A stretch of DNA of 59,633 bases, filler included, from Circinaria calcarea (Eukaryota): assembly GCA_051942165.1 (NCBI GenBank). It is 9 parts of 9 records of this genome, joined end to end, with 100 filler letters (N's around TTAATTAATTAA, not from the genome) between each part and the next. Parts side by side here need not be neighbours in the genome. Positions count along the whole stretch, not along the records: positions 19,932 to 26,472 come from JAVECS010001559.1; positions 26,573 to 33,111 come from JAVECS010001560.1; positions 33,212 to 39,747 come from JAVECS010001561.1; 6 more parts are not named here. One strand, given 5' to 3'. Below the pieces are notes generated by a model that worked only from the letters and a program-made list of their open reading frames with translations, had not been told where the DNA came from and did no database searches. The translations under genes were made by a program, and so were the position numbers. Below are positions 22,889 to 35,572 of this stretch, in pieces (position 1 is the first letter of the stretch; each line of letters starts with the position of its first letter).

Positions 22889-25800
22889 ATGGATTCAGTC
22901 AAGGATACACCTGTGAAGAGGAGGAGGACTGAGACGGGCTTTGTGGCAGCCAGTCAAACATACGATTCGCAGGAGGACAGTGGGGATGACCTATTCAAAG
23001 ACTATGAAACTATTGCGACCCTTCAATTGCCTAGAGGTGAAGCCACGCCGGGAGCGCAGGATATCCTCTCGTCACCAATGCCACACGTAACGCAACCCAC
23101 TCAACTGATTGACAGAAACATCGGAAAGTCCGATAATACAAGTGTCACGCCTTCAGTGGTTCAGGTTGCAGCTTCATCACCAATACGTAGTCCTCCGCCA
23201 TCTTCAGCTAGTGCAAGGAAGCCAGGTGGAATTCTCGCGAATGTAATGGCACCACCTGGAACGGCATTTCGATTACCGGTGGGCGTAACAAAGCCACCTC
23301 AAAAGCGGACAGTTATAAATTTAAGTGACGATGAAGGACCAAAATATCAAGGAAGCTCATCTGAGGAAGATTCGCAAAGGAGTCGCAGGATCAACATTAA
23401 ACCCTCTACTTTCATTCAGCGGGCGCAGAAGGCCATGGGTGCCGATTATACCAAGAGTACAACGACACCACAAGTGGCCAACGGTCTTACCCGGTTTCAA
23501 GAACTCACAGCGAATTCATTTTACAAACCGATGGAAGGGGACAAGCCTAAGAAGCTTCCGTCATCGCTGTCAGGCTCGGTCTTCGATTCAAGGAACCGCG
23601 ATGAGAGCAATACGACATCAAGGATTTCCTCATCCGTCAATCGATCTGCCGATGTCATGGCCAACGCATACGGGACCTCCAGCCGTCCACCAAGGCAAGC
23701 CTTTCAAACGGGTCCAGCGAAAGCTATGCCCGTAGAGGATATTTCTCTTGATGATATAGCAGACTATCAGCAGCGTAAGAAGATTGAAAGGATGCGAGCC
23801 ATCGTTCCCAAGTACTCGGTCAAAATGTGTAATGATGCGTTGGTAAAAAGGCGAGGACACGAGGAAGATGCTCTGGAACTCTTAACTTCTGAAGAAGAGC
23901 ATCGTCAGGAGATAGATCTCACGTTATCGGACCAGGAGCGTTCATCTGGTAGCGCCCCTCCGAAACGCAAAGCGCCGGTTAAACAGCAGATCAAAGCTCC
24001 AATTCGGACAATCCAAGAAAAGTGGACCGCGGCCCAGAGTATTCCGCGGAACACTCAAACTGCTGTATCGTCTCCGCCTCCTGAGCCCCTGAAGCAAAGA
24101 CGGCGGCTTGTCAAAGGGCGAAAACGACTATCCTCTCCGGTAGCTGAACCGCAGAAGGTGCCAAGCCCTCCTCGTCGCACGGCAACTCCTCTGTCTGTCG
24201 ATGACTCTGACTCGGGAGTCGACTTGGAAGCTGAAACTACTAGTGGGTTGGATGGAAGACTATTGACATTCTTCAACTCCTGTTCTGTTTCGGATCTTGC
24301 TGATATTGCCGAAATAACCGAGGAGGTGGCTTCTGTATTGCTTTCGCAAAAACCATTCCGCGGCCTGGATGATGTGAGGCGTGTCTCGAGCGAAACGAAG
24401 CCAGGCAAGCGACCAGGTGTAAGAAAAGCTATTGGAGAGAAGATTGTCGATAAATGTCTAGAGATGTGGAGCGGTTACGAGGCTATAGACGAACTCGTCC
24501 GACAATGCGAGGCTATAGGAAAGCCAGTAGCCGAGGAGATGAGGAAATGGGGTGTCGATGTCTTTGGTGCATCTAAAGATGGCGAGCTAGACCTTGTCGA
24601 CTTTCACGATATGAAGAGCGAGGATCATGGTGAGAATTCCTCAATGCGAGACTCTGGAATCGGTACGCCGACGAGCACCGTCGTATCAGCCGATGAGGAC
24701 GCCGATATGGTTATTAAGAGGAGTTCAGAATATCGAGGGAGATCAAAGCAGGTATTCTTTCCCCAACCTTCCATCATGGGCGAGGGCGTCGTCTTAAAGG
24801 ATTACCAAATCGTTGGAATTAACTGGTTGTCTTTACTTTACGAGAAGCAACTCAGTTGCATCCTTGCAGACGACATGGGCTTAGGAAAGACATGTCAAGT
24901 AATTGCCTTCCTTGCCCATCTGTTACAAAAGGGTGTCAAAGGGCCACATCTTGTAGTAGTACCAGGTTCGACGTTGGAAAATTGGCTACGAGAATTTAGG
25001 CTCTTCTGTCCAAAACTGTTTGTTATGCCCTATTATGGTAAGCTCATGATTGAAAGTCGAGTGTGTATGCAGTCTTGCTAAATTACTATAGCTGGCCAGA
25101 ATGAGCGGATTGGGGTTCGCGAACAGATTGAGGATAATATAGATTCAGTTAATGTCATTGTCACGACTTACGGCATAGCGAAGACCAAAGATGACACGAA
25201 GTTTTTACGACGCTTGCGACCTTGTGTAAGTTTGAGCAAACACTTGTATTCTCTGGTGACTTAGTCATACTAAGTCAATATCATAGGTCTGCGTATATGA
25301 TGAAGGTCATATCTTGAAGAATAGCAAATCCGCCGGTTACGAACAACTTATGAAAATACCTGCTACTTTCCGACTCCTGCTAACCGGAACACCTCTGCAG
25401 AACAACCTGAAGGAATTGGCTTCACTGCTGGGCTTTATCCTACCTTCTGTTTTCAAAGAGCATGCAGAAAATCTAGAATATATTTTTAATCATAAAGCGA
25501 AGACGACAGACGAGACACATGAAGCACTTCTCTCGGCGCAACGGATCGCACGTGCTAGGTCAATGATGACACCGTTTGTTTTGCGGAGAAAGAAGCACCA
25601 GGTCCTGAAACATCTCCCTGCGAAGATGAGAAGAGTCGAGTACTGCAATCTATCAGCATCGCAGCAAGAGATTTACGAAGGAAAGAAAGCGGAAGTTCGA
25701 CGTATCATGGAAGATCGAGCGGCCGGAAAGAAAACTGGTAGCCAGAACAGCAACGTTTTGATGAAGCTCCGCCAGGCGTCAATCCATCCTCTCCTGTTTC

Positions 25801-26472
25801 GTCGTCTATTTGACGACAAAACCTTATCCAGGATGTCCCGGGCGTGTCTGAAGGAAGAGAAATTCCGAGACTCCAATGTCGACCGGGTCTACGAAGACAT
25901 GAGCATCATGACCGACTTCGAGCTCCACCGCTTCTGCGACAACTACCCGACCACGATGGCCAAATTCCGCCTCCCCGGTGAACCGTGGATGGACTCGGGT
26001 AAGGTCAGTAAATTGGCCGAACTTCTCGGCGCCTTCAAGGCCGCCGGCGACCGTGTCCTCATCTTTTCCCAGTTCGTCATGGTCATGGACATCCTCGAGG
26101 CCGTCATGGAGACGTTGGGCATGCGCTTCTTCCGCCTCGACGGTTCCACCAAGATCGAGGAGCGCCAGGACATGATCGATCAGTTCTACGCCGAAGACGA
26201 CATTACGGTATTCTTGCTGTCGACCAAGGCCGGTGGCGCGGGCATCAACCTCGCCTGCGCGAACAAGGTCGTCATTTTCGATTCCAGCTTTAACCCGCAG
26301 GACGATATCCAGGCCGAGAACCGGGCGCATCGCGTGGGGCAGACGAGGCCGGTCGAGGTCATTCGCTTGGTGAGTCGGGGTACAATTGAGGAGGCGATGC
26401 TTTCGCTGGGCGAGTCCAAGTTGGCACTCGATGAGATGGTGGCGGGGGAGGGTGCGGTTGGGAGTGCTGTCT
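22889..26472 (+). CDS. FUN30: SNF2-family chromatin remodeller Fun30/Fft/SMARCAD1; introns ~25038-25091 and ~25226-25286; 3'-truncated
   Basis: [60 protein letters not shown]. Confidence 0.9.
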
Positions 26473-26572
26473 NNNNNNNNNNNNNNNNNNNNNNNNNNNN
26501 NNNNNNNNNNNNNNNNTTAATTAATTAANNNNNNNNNNNNNNNNNNNNNNNNNNNNNNNNNNNNNNNNNNNN
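26473..26572. other. Artificial contig linker
   Basis: N44-TTAATTAATTAA-N44. Confidence 0.99.
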
Positions 26573-27137
26573 TTGCAATATACCATCCCAGAATGGTGAT
26601 GGGCTGCGCCCTGGAAAAAGATAATCGACGCCCCATGTTGAAGAGTAGGGCGATGTTAGCGACAATTGCAAATATCAAGGACACGACATTGACAGCAAGC
26701 AACCTGTAATCCATTTCTCAGTATCTAATGTTGATCTGAGAGGTGCTTCACATACCAAATTGGATCTGGAACGTCGATTCCATGCGCCTCCGTACCTTCC
26801 AAGGGGATTATCAATCTCCAATGCTCAGAGATAGCACATATGTTGAGAGCACTTGCCATAGGGCCGAAAGTACCCTATTATCCCTCGTCAGCACTATCCT
26901 GAAAACATAAAAGTGAGTCGATACCTTACGGCCAGTAACGGAAATATCGTTTTGAGGAAGAACCATCGACTGCAAATGCCGATTAGAAGGTAACTCGTCC
27001 TCTTCAGTGGACATAGCGAACCTAGGGTTCAAGAACTCGTCTGTCTCCTCACCGTCTTCATCTTGGGCCCCAATACCAGTCTCCCGGTTCACGGTGTCGG
27101 CATCGACATCAATGGCTCCATCAAGGGGGTCGTTCAT
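26573..27137 (-). CDS. N-terminal part of a fungal tandem-pore (TOK-type) K+ channel; 3'-truncated
   Basis: Spliced: RWFFLKTIFPLLA|GTFGPMASALNICA..WR..PDPIW|LLAVNVVSLIFAIVANIALLFNM..RAQPITILGWY. Pore domains lie beyond the contig. Confidence 0.75.
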
Positions 27138-28228
27138 CCTGACTGCTATGGGGCTGAGGACGTGACTGAGGTCGTTATGGCTGGTGGGAAATTCACTAAC
27201 GACTCATTGAGAACAGCAGGTAGAGCAACGGTTCGTAAACAAGAGTGTTTGAGTATCGCAAGGAGAGAATGGTCAGTCGTACTATGGAGGGGGTTTTGCG
27301 ATCATCCCTTCTCCGCATGGGCTAGAGAAACCAAGCTTTTTCTAGTGAAGTTTCGAGCTTCACAAATTCTTACCAGTCCGTACAGAGTACAGATAGCTTG
27401 GGCTAGAATCTTTCACTAATATACGTATCATACAGGGTTAAATACAAGAGCTTGACCTGATTTCTCGATCGCGCTTCGATATATTTTCAGAACCTTTGCC
27501 ATAAACACCACATAGAGAAAAGACTGGTGTCTTCGCGAAGATATCATGCGGTTAAGAAAGAACTATCAGCTGTATCAGAAATATGTTTCTGCCGCTAAAT
27601 ATACTATACCCTGCCAGTAATAAAAGCTGCGCTTTACAAGGACCCATGAATGCCACCAAGGATTCTAGCCCGAGCTGTCTGGGATAAACACGGCACTTGC
27701 GACCCAACAGTAAACGCTCTCGCATATTGTGGTCGCAGGCATAATGCCGATCCCGATCAATCCTGGTATTCCCAACAAAGGCTGTATAAATTCCCCGAAA
27801 GAATGAAATGTAACGAGAGTATCCTCCGACGTATGTTCCAGCTGTCTGTTTGAAACCCAGCTGTCGTTTGGGCCTTCCATGATTATTGCAGATGAACCAC
27901 GCCAACATTTATTATGCCTGCGACCACAGTAAATGTTGGCTGCCCTGATACATACTGGTCATAGCTCAGGGCCTAAGCCTCACCCTTTATAGAATAGCTC
28001 CGCTCTAAATGAACTCTAAAACGAAGCTTAAGATGATAGGGGTCCGCCACCATGGCACGTGCCTGGCAGTAACGTCGGTGAGAAAACGATTGTTTTCGAT
28101 CTTCGATCATATCTACCTATCTTGTGTACCTATTTCGCTTTGTTATGGTGATTTATATGGTAGCTTTACTGATACAACTTCTATATTAACGCTCCTGGCA
28201 TTTTAGACCAAGGTTTCCAAACAACGTA

Positions 28229-30294
28229 TTACCACGCACCCCCACCGCCGCCCGTAGCAAAAGGACTTCTTTGTCTCAGCCTCTGGCCATACTTCCACAG
28301 CAATACAGGGGCCGGTAGACCCAAGAATATGGTCATGACACTACTATCCCTAGCCATAGTCCAATGCCGAATACATGTAAGGCGCAGCTAGGGGAAAGCC
28401 AAAGCCTGCCAAACTTCGCAGAAATGTCGCTGCACCGATTGCTGAGGCGGCATATCGGGTGTAAGCATCGACGATATATGTCTGAATGCACTGGAATCCA
28501 ATTATTCCACTGGCTGCAAATATCGTAGCTCCGATGTTCGGGACAATCCAATGAGTTTGCTCTTGCGCGGACCAGCCGTAGATGAAGAGCCCGATTGGCG
28601 CCAGGAAACTACCAGGAACCATAATAGGAACACGAAATTCAGTTTTGCCAACATTATTGTTCTTTCGAGACAGCCGCTTGCATACCCGATCGTTGAGGGG
28701 TGCACATATCTGAGTTCCCAGGAAGAAACCTAGGCCAAGACTGATGTAGTTTAAGCTGCCGATGCCTATAGACTCATGATATCGCTCCGCCCACAAAAGA
28801 GGGAACGTGGAGAGGACCAAGTATATGAGTCCGTACAGATAGGCCATGTAGACTGCAAGTGCTTGCACTATCGGCTGTGTTCCCAGACGTATAAATGGGC
28901 ACTTGAAGCTTCTTTTCAGTATATTTGCCGCGCTTCTTTCAGGATGTTCGAACTCAGTCTTCAGTTTCTTATTACCGGTCTCCTTTCCTAGTTTCTCGGC
29001 TCTATAGTGGAGAAGCTTGGGTGGGTAAGTTTCACGAAGGAAGAATAATCCAAAGACTTGAATGACTGCGTCGGCAATCGAAACACTCCAGAACGCCCAT
29101 CTCCATGTAGTGCGTTACGTGATGAATCCACCAGCTATAGGACCGATGGCTAATAGAAATGTTAGTATCTAAACTAAAAATAGAATTGAAGAAGGGGGGG
29201 GGGGTGCTGTTGTTTCGATCATATTCCTTACTTGGACCAAGTAGAGGGGCCAGACTGTAAACTGAAACCGCAAGCCCGCGTTGTGTTGGCCGCCAAACAT
29301 CCGAAATGACCCCTCCACCAAACTCATTACCGTCAGTCACTACTTTCAAAGGTGTGGGGAAGGAGGGCTTCTCACAGCTAGTGGAGCACTTCCCCCAAGG
29401 CCGGACAAGAACCGAAATGCTATCTGTCAAGAATAGGGGTTCTACACTACGTGGAGGAACTAGTATTCGGAGCGGTTAAACTAACCACCGAACGCGCACA
29501 TAGCAGAGGTTTTCTGCTATGCAGTTCCATAGTGAAGTCCATACATATAGAGTGGTAGTTACCATAGCCAATACAGCCTATTTCACCTTGTATTACCATC
29601 CGTTATTTCACACTATCATCCCCCCCTTCTTACTAAACCCACAGGCGATGTTGAAGACGAGGAGGAATAGATTCGACAATTGTAGAACAGGCACACGCCC
29701 ATAAATTTCGGAAAGGGGCCCGATAATCAATGGGCCAACAGCATAGCCCAAGACGAAGACGCTTAGCACGGGTTGCTGTTCCACCTCATCGGTAATGCCA
29801 AAGTCACGCGAAATCGAAGATATGGCAGGAGCCACCATTGAGGATGATACCGGCGAAATGAATGTAGACGACGAGACTACGACCACCGTCGCCGCCGACT
29901 TCGTTTTCATTGTCCAATCAAAGGGGCTTTCGGGATCATCCGGTCCATTCCATATCACCAGATTAGGATCCTTAGGTGGTTATAAAGACTTCTTCTTTTC
30001 CAAGGGAGTATCTCCTGCCTCTAAATCCCTCTCATCCGGCACTCTTATTCGCACCTCACTTTGCACTGCTGTACTCTCCTTTCTTGCTTCTTCGTCATCT
30101 TCGGATTGAAGCTCTTCGAAAGTCCCCTCATCATCATGGAACCTTGACTCAATCTCTTGATGATATACCGAAGTATCGTCCAGATGTTGTCCAGTATGTA
30201 CACGGGTGAGAGCTGGTTCAGCTAATCGGCTACCATTGGAGCGGGCAAAGTTAGCTCAAGTGGGCCTTGGGGGTGCAGAAGCTGAAGGGCGTAT
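28229..30294 (-). pseudogene. DHA1-family MFS drug:H+ antiporter pseudogene
   Basis: WNGPDDPESPFDW, GPLSEIYGR, WRWAFW, RETY motifs. Stops at 29980 (TAA), 29115 (TAA) and 28350 (TGG>TAG); 3' frameshift; apparent ATG>ATA start; LTR insertion. Confidence 0.88.
29425..29612. mobile_element. 188-bp solo LTR with perfect 5-bp TSD (CTATC) inside the MFS pseudogene
   Basis: CTATC|TGTCAAG...ATTTCACA|CTATC. Removing it plus one TSD copy restores GMIAFRFLSGLGGSAPLA. Confidence 0.88.
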
Positions 30295-31105
30295 GAGCGT
30301 AAGTTCGTATTAAGGCTAGGAATCCTACCTTAGCGATCTAGGTTGCCTCAAAGTCCTGAGATATTACCTTTGACATTCCCTTGGCAACAAAATAAACAAA
30401 AAGGAGGACGGTCTCGGGTACTGCAAAGGTACATTCATACATGCGCACGTCGGCCTCTATCTTATAAAACCGTGACGACTTGACAATGATAAATCCAAAG
30501 TTGATCACCAACGAATTTCGCGAAGGCGATATACATATTTGCACCTCGGCTTCAAAGACCTTAACACCGGGGATGAGAAGAAAGTCGATGACGTCAAAAA
30601 TTAACGACGATCCTCAATCGGCATTAGCTCACACCTAATCGCTCCTATTAATTAGAGTAATACCTGAAGTTAAGAGCGTTTCTACATTGATTTATTGTGA
30701 CTATGTAAGAGTTGCACACCATCTTCCAAGTAGAACACCAGTACAGCAACGTCCGCAGCGAAGAGCTGCAAATCAAATTGCGATTAATATTGCTAGAAAT
30801 GCTAGTCACAACACTACTGATGAGTAAAAAACTCATCGCTAGATACTTTCTAGATTAAAGTAGGATGATTCAGCTGTAAAGTGTATCCCGTTCTTTGTAC
30901 CATGTTTGTCATTCCTGATTGCAAATCCTTACGGGATGCTTGGTAATTCACCAAGACTTTAGCGAGACTCAAGAGAGCATATAGAGGCACGAGAGGACCT
31001 TCCGGAGGATATAAGAAGGAAAACACGGAGAAAAAGTCGACATACGCTTTGAGGAGACATAACTTGAGAAAGACACATACGCATATATTTGTAGCCTACA
31101 CTCAT

Positions 31106-31844
31106 ATGGCCGATCCATCGTCCTACAAATTTCCCTCACCTTTAGAAGGCTTCGAAAAGCTGCCACCATTACCTGAGTCAGTGAGCCGGGGCATTTACAT
31201 TTGAAACTTCAACGCTGATTGGATTTAGTGAGATCGTGACCACTGACCCGGGACAAAAGAGCTATGTAAACCCGGAAACTGGCATACGAGGTCAGGCATA
31301 CAAGAGATTCACAGACCCGATTGCGAATGGTGACAAGAACGGATTTGACATTCATATCTACTTCAACCAGGCAAGAGATCCACCAGTTGTTTACCAGTGT
31401 GATTATTGACGACGGAAATCTAGGGCAATCAAGAACAGATAAAGTTCGCAAGAGAACTTTGGGAGCGTATTCGTCGGGAGTGTAGGTACCTTCTCCCTAG
31501 AACATATTTATTCCAATTTCTCACCATTCCAAGTCCCAGAGCTCCGTATCTATAAGCTATGGGAACAACCGATCGGTCCACACATCACAGGAATGTTTGA
31601 GGTAGACCTCTTTACCCCAGACCAATTCGGGGCTTTTATTCCATGGCTTGTCATCAACCGAGGACCGCTGAGCGTGTTGGTACATCCCAATACAGGTGAC
31701 GAGGAAAGAGATCATACGCAAAGAGCAACGTGGATGGGTGAAAGACTGCCGTTAGATCTGACACCCTTAAGGAAAATGATGAAGATGAGATCGAAGGTCG
31801 AGAAGCTGAAGGCGGACCAGGACGCACAAGGCTCGGGGGAATGA
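31106..31844 (+). CDS. DOPA 4,5-dioxygenase family protein; 3 introns, one probably GC-AG
   Basis: FPSPLEGFE.LPPLP, FDIHIYF, RIRREFPELRIY, PIGPH, MFEV, WLVINRGPLSVLVHPNTG..DHTQRATWMG. Confidence 0.9.
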
Positions 31845-32625
31845 AGGAGTGTTCTATGAAATTGACGCTTCACTTCTCCTGTGCTAAATTATCAGAAGCT
31901 TCATCAAACACTGATAGAAATTTGACCGTTTCATCTGTGAGAATATAACCTATGCCACCTATTTCAGATGTCGGATCTTGTGGTTAAGGAAGCCATAATA
32001 GGAGAGTAAGGCTCTACAGACTTAAGTAATGTCCAATGATCTCGTAGAAACCATGTAGAAACTGAGCGTCAAGTACTGTGGTAGCAAGCATAATAGATGT
32101 TAGCGCGAGTTTCGACCCACGCCGGTTCACTCAGCAAGGCTGTGTAAATTCTTAGAAAAGGAAGGTGTAATATGGAGGGTATCCTGCGGTGTATATACCA
32201 AATTTCTGCGTGAAATTAAATTGTCACTTGGGCCTCAAATAGTTATTACCTGGGAACCACGCTAACACCTATTGTGCCTGCGACCATAGCAAGTATGTCG
32301 GCCAGCACGCATTCGGTCTTGGCAAGCCCTGTACCATAAGGCAGGTAGCCCGAGTTGGGGAGATTAGCCCGCGCTTACTCTATGGAGCACTATCTGAACG
32401 CCTCTCCTTTCAGCTGGGGCTGGAGGCTGGGGGCCGCAACCCCCAGGTAAAAAGATGGTAGACTAGCTACTCTTCTCTTAATCTTACATGCAGGGTAAGA
32501 CGTAAGACTTTTCCCAGATCTCAATCTCACCCGCAATAGAGCAGAGCCTAGTCCGAATACTTCCAGCTTCCAGTTTGTCAACTCGCTTTTTATGACTGTC
32601 TGAAGTACGATCCTCCTCTACGGTC

Positions 32626-33111
32626 ATGTCGCTGTTTGTCCACGATACTCGACGTGGACGCAGTAAGTCTCCTGGCCGTGAACGATCGCGCTCTCGATCT
32701 GCCAGACCGTCGTCTCCACCTCAGCCAGTGCGATCTTCGAAGACCAAGAAATACTACGAAGAAGACTCGAGCGAGGAAAGCAGTGACGGCGGCAGAAAGC
32801 CTCGTTCTTCAAGGCATAGACACGAAGGACCAAGATATGCATTAGCTGAGCCCAAGCATAGGCGTACTTCCTCACCAGTCAAACATTCCACGACTCTTAC
32901 CCGTCAGGATAAACACAGTGATCCGCGACATGAATACGACCATCGAGAGGGCAGACGCGCCAGCCATGTGGAGCCTGCTCGACATGAGCAGGAGAGGCCA
33001 ATTGAGTATACACGGCATTCGAGCTACAGCAGGGCGGACGAGCAGCCTCACGTAACGGCTACCGCAGCTCCTACCTATGCACCCCCGGGCCAATACAAAT
33101 GGGAGTATGAC
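32626..33111 (+). CDS. N-terminus of a large Arg/Ser-rich protein, probably annexin ANXC4-like; 3'-truncated
   Basis: MSLFVHDTRRGRSKSPGRERSRSR resembles fungal annexin C4 N-termini (from recall); annexin repeats are not in the window. Confidence 0.5.
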
Positions 33112-33211
33112 NNNNNNNNNNNNNNNNNNNNNNNNNNNNNNNNNNNNNNNNNNNNTTAATTAATTAANNNNNNNNNNNNNNNNNNNNNNNNNNNNNNNNN
33201 NNNNNNNNNNN
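33112..33211. other. Artificial contig linker
   Basis: N44-TTAATTAATTAA-N44. Confidence 0.99.
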
Positions 33212-35572
33212 AAGAATCACTGTTCGGTGGTGTACAATGACACCCTCTACGCCTATCAGTCAGACTCATTCCAGTCACTTCCACTCCGGAACGGATCTCA
33301 ATGGTCGGTGCTGCCCATGGGAGTCTCTGCAGACGGCGCCAGGTGTGTTCAGGCTCCCATGAACGGACTTGACGCTTTGTTCGTGGTCGGCGGCTCAACG
33401 AACGCGTCGACACAGGATTACCCCGGGCTCCAGGTGTACACCTTCGCCGATAAGACATGGCGGAACTGGTCACCTCAAATCTCTGTTACTCGAAACCGAT
33501 TGATGCACGGAGCGGCGTACTTGCAGTCGACGTCTTCGATCTTGATATACGCCGGCTTTCAGGATAACAGTTACCTTAGCACTTCAGCCACGTTTACAAT
33601 CTCTACGAACGATCCCAATTTCGTGAGATCTTTCTCGTCTGATGCACCATCGGTGATTCAGCCGATATTACTACCATGGAACTCGAGTCACGCTGTACTC
33701 CTTGGAGGTAACACGGAGAACAGAGAGGTCTGGGTCTTCAGCGAGGCTGATGGATGGAATCACTTGGACGTCAAATTACCAAACGGTCTTCAAGATATCA
33801 GCAGGGTGCAAGCTGCCCTTTTGAACAGAGAAGACGGAAGCAAAATACTTGAAATCTTTGATGAGGGCGCTTCGCCAAACACTGTAACCACTTTACTACT
33901 CCGGGGCCCTGATGGCCAGCCGGCTGCAAGTCAAGGATCCTCGTCTTCAACGTCGTCATCGCCACCTGCCGCAGAAAGACGACGGTCAAGGCCCGGGTCA
34001 CGGAGAGACATCCAAGCTAGCACTTTGCCGGCATACAACAGTACGTTTGCACCTCTGGTTACCAGGAACGGATTTTCGCTCGCTCAAGATCCTTCTGGCT
34101 TAGTAGTCATAACTGGTGGCAACAACCAAGTTCCCATATCTCTCTTCAATCAAACTGAGAACGGATGGCTGGATGCAGTTCAGTTTTTCAACACACCCCC
34201 AACGGCCGTTTCAGCACCCAACCCTACCACGGCATCTCCGACCGAGAGTCTTACAGCGATTCCTTCCTCATCATCGTCATCGCCGCCTTTGCCTGATCCT
34301 AATGCGGGAAGGAACAACTCTCTCTTGATTGTCGGCGCTACATTAGGAGGTGTCTTTGGGTTTGCAGCTATACTGCTGGCTGTACTATTGTTATTACGGT
34401 ACTTGAAGCAAAGACAAAAAACGGCGCGCAAACAACGCGCGGGCGAACTGCCGCTGGAAAGCAAGCATCGAATGGACTTCGCCGACCAAGGCGCAGAGTT
34501 CATGTCGAGCGCAGGTGGTTCCTTCGGCAGAAGTAATCATAGAGCCTCAAACTCCGGGCAGACAGCTACGTCTACTTTTTTAACAAAAGGTTCTAACCGG
34601 ACGAAGCGAGGCTTCTTCCATAAAGCAGGTGACAGCAACGGAAGTACAAAGTCCCTGTTCAGTCGTGATAAATCCCCCATTATATCTTCGCCACATCCTT
34701 TCACCTCGCCTCGCCCAGATCGACCACTGCTAGCCGTCTCCCCTGTTCGGCTGGATGGACTCACATTAGGTGTCCCTTCACCGGAGCCGCGCACTGAGCC
34801 AAGAACAGACGAAGGTTGGAGCAGGTACTTTGCGAATAACAACAATGCCACGGACCTTAGTAACATGCCTTCTGGCTACACCCGCTATGATCACCACTCC
34901 ACGCCGAGCACATACACCTCCTCGAGCCATTCTAACTACACGAGCTCTCGCATTCCGTCATCTCACCCTCACCAATCCGCAGAAGTAGCCCCGCTCAACC
35001 TTGGCGCGAATCAATGTCCCTCTTCTGAGCATCGACACGGGGACCCTACTCACCTATGCCCTTTTCCACACATCGGTGCTTCCCACAGCCACACAAGGCA
35101 GCTCGTACCGTCCACGCCTTCAACCCTGTTCACCCATCTCCCAGACGACGATGATCTCGACGAAAGCTCCGGCCATGAGTCTTGGACACCCGTCGGTACG
35201 AGCGACAGGGGCAGTACCTGGGGAGATCGGCCGGCTAGCAGTGCGTATGGCGAGAGCGTCGCCTACGCGCACCCAGGGGAAAAGGTGCGAATTCCGAACT
35301 TCCCCGGTGTTCCTTCTTCGCGTGCCAGTCAGAAGACGGTGATACACCGTGGCGAGGAAAGGGGCATGAGAAGGACTGCCTCGAAGGATTTTGTGGGCGG
35401 TCTCCCACGGCCAAGTGAGAGGCCGAAGCTTGATGGTGGCAGTCGGCAGCCGGGATTCAGCGATGAAGATCAGAGGTCGATACCCTTTCCAAGGCGCGTG
35501 CATGACACTGGGGGCCTACAGAGGGTCGAGAGATCCGCTGAAGATATGAGTTGGCTGAACTTGGGGAAGTAA
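33212..35572 (+). CDS. Single-pass membrane protein with Kelch/galactose-oxidase-like ectodomain and disordered cytoplasmic tail; 5'-truncated
   Basis: Repeated hhhGG blades (LFVVGG, ILIYAG, VLLGG, VVITGG); Ser/Thr/Pro stalk; TM LIVGATLGGVFGFAAILLAVLLLL; ends DMSWLNLG. Confidence 0.75.
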   Translation, partial: KNHCSVVYNDTLYAYQSDSFQSLPLRNGSQWSVLPMGVSADGARCVQAPMNGLDALFVVGGSTNASTQDYPGLQVYTFADKTWRNWSPQISVTRNRLMHGAAYLQSTSSILIYAGFQDNSYLSTSATFTISTNDPNFVRSFSSDAPSVIQPILLPWNSSHAVLLGGNTENREVWVFSEADGWNHLDVKLPNGLQDISRVQAALLNREDGSKILEIFDEGASPNTVTTLLLRGPDGQPAASQGSSSSTSSSPPAAERRRSRPGSRRDIQASTLPAYNSTFAPLVTRNGFSLAQDPSGLVVITGGNNQVPISLFNQTENGWLDAVQFFNTPPTAVSAPNPTTASPTESLTAIPSSSSSSPPLPDPNAGRNNSLLIVGATLGGVFGFAAILLAVLLLLRYLKQRQKTARKQRAGELPLESKHRMDFADQGAEFMSSAGGSFGRSNHRASNSGQTATSTFLTKGSNRTKRGFFHKAGDSNGSTKSLFSRDKSPIISSPHPFTSPRPDRPLLAVSPVRLDGLTLGVPSPEPRTEPRTDEGWSRYFANNNNATDLSNMPSGYTRYDHHSTPSTYTSSSHSNYTSSRIPSSHPHQSAEVAPLNLGANQCPSSEHRHGDPTHLCPFPHIGASHSHTRQLVPSTPSTLFTHLPDDDDLDESSGHESWTPVGTSDRGSTWGDRPASSAYGESVAYAHPGEKVRIPNFPGVPSSRASQKTVIHRGEERGMRRTASKDFVGGLPRPSERPKLDGGSRQPGFSDEDQRSIPFPRRVHDTGGLQRVERSAEDMSWLNLGK

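Noticed and set aside
25880..26472. Abrupt rise in GC3 at the 3' end of Fun30, suggesting a chimera
   Set aside because: The protein is continuous and a similar 3' shift occurs in the GH47 gene; no breakpoint evidence.
32075..32135. tRNA-like stretch containing GTTTCGACCC
   Set aside because: No cloverleaf or acceptor stem could be built.
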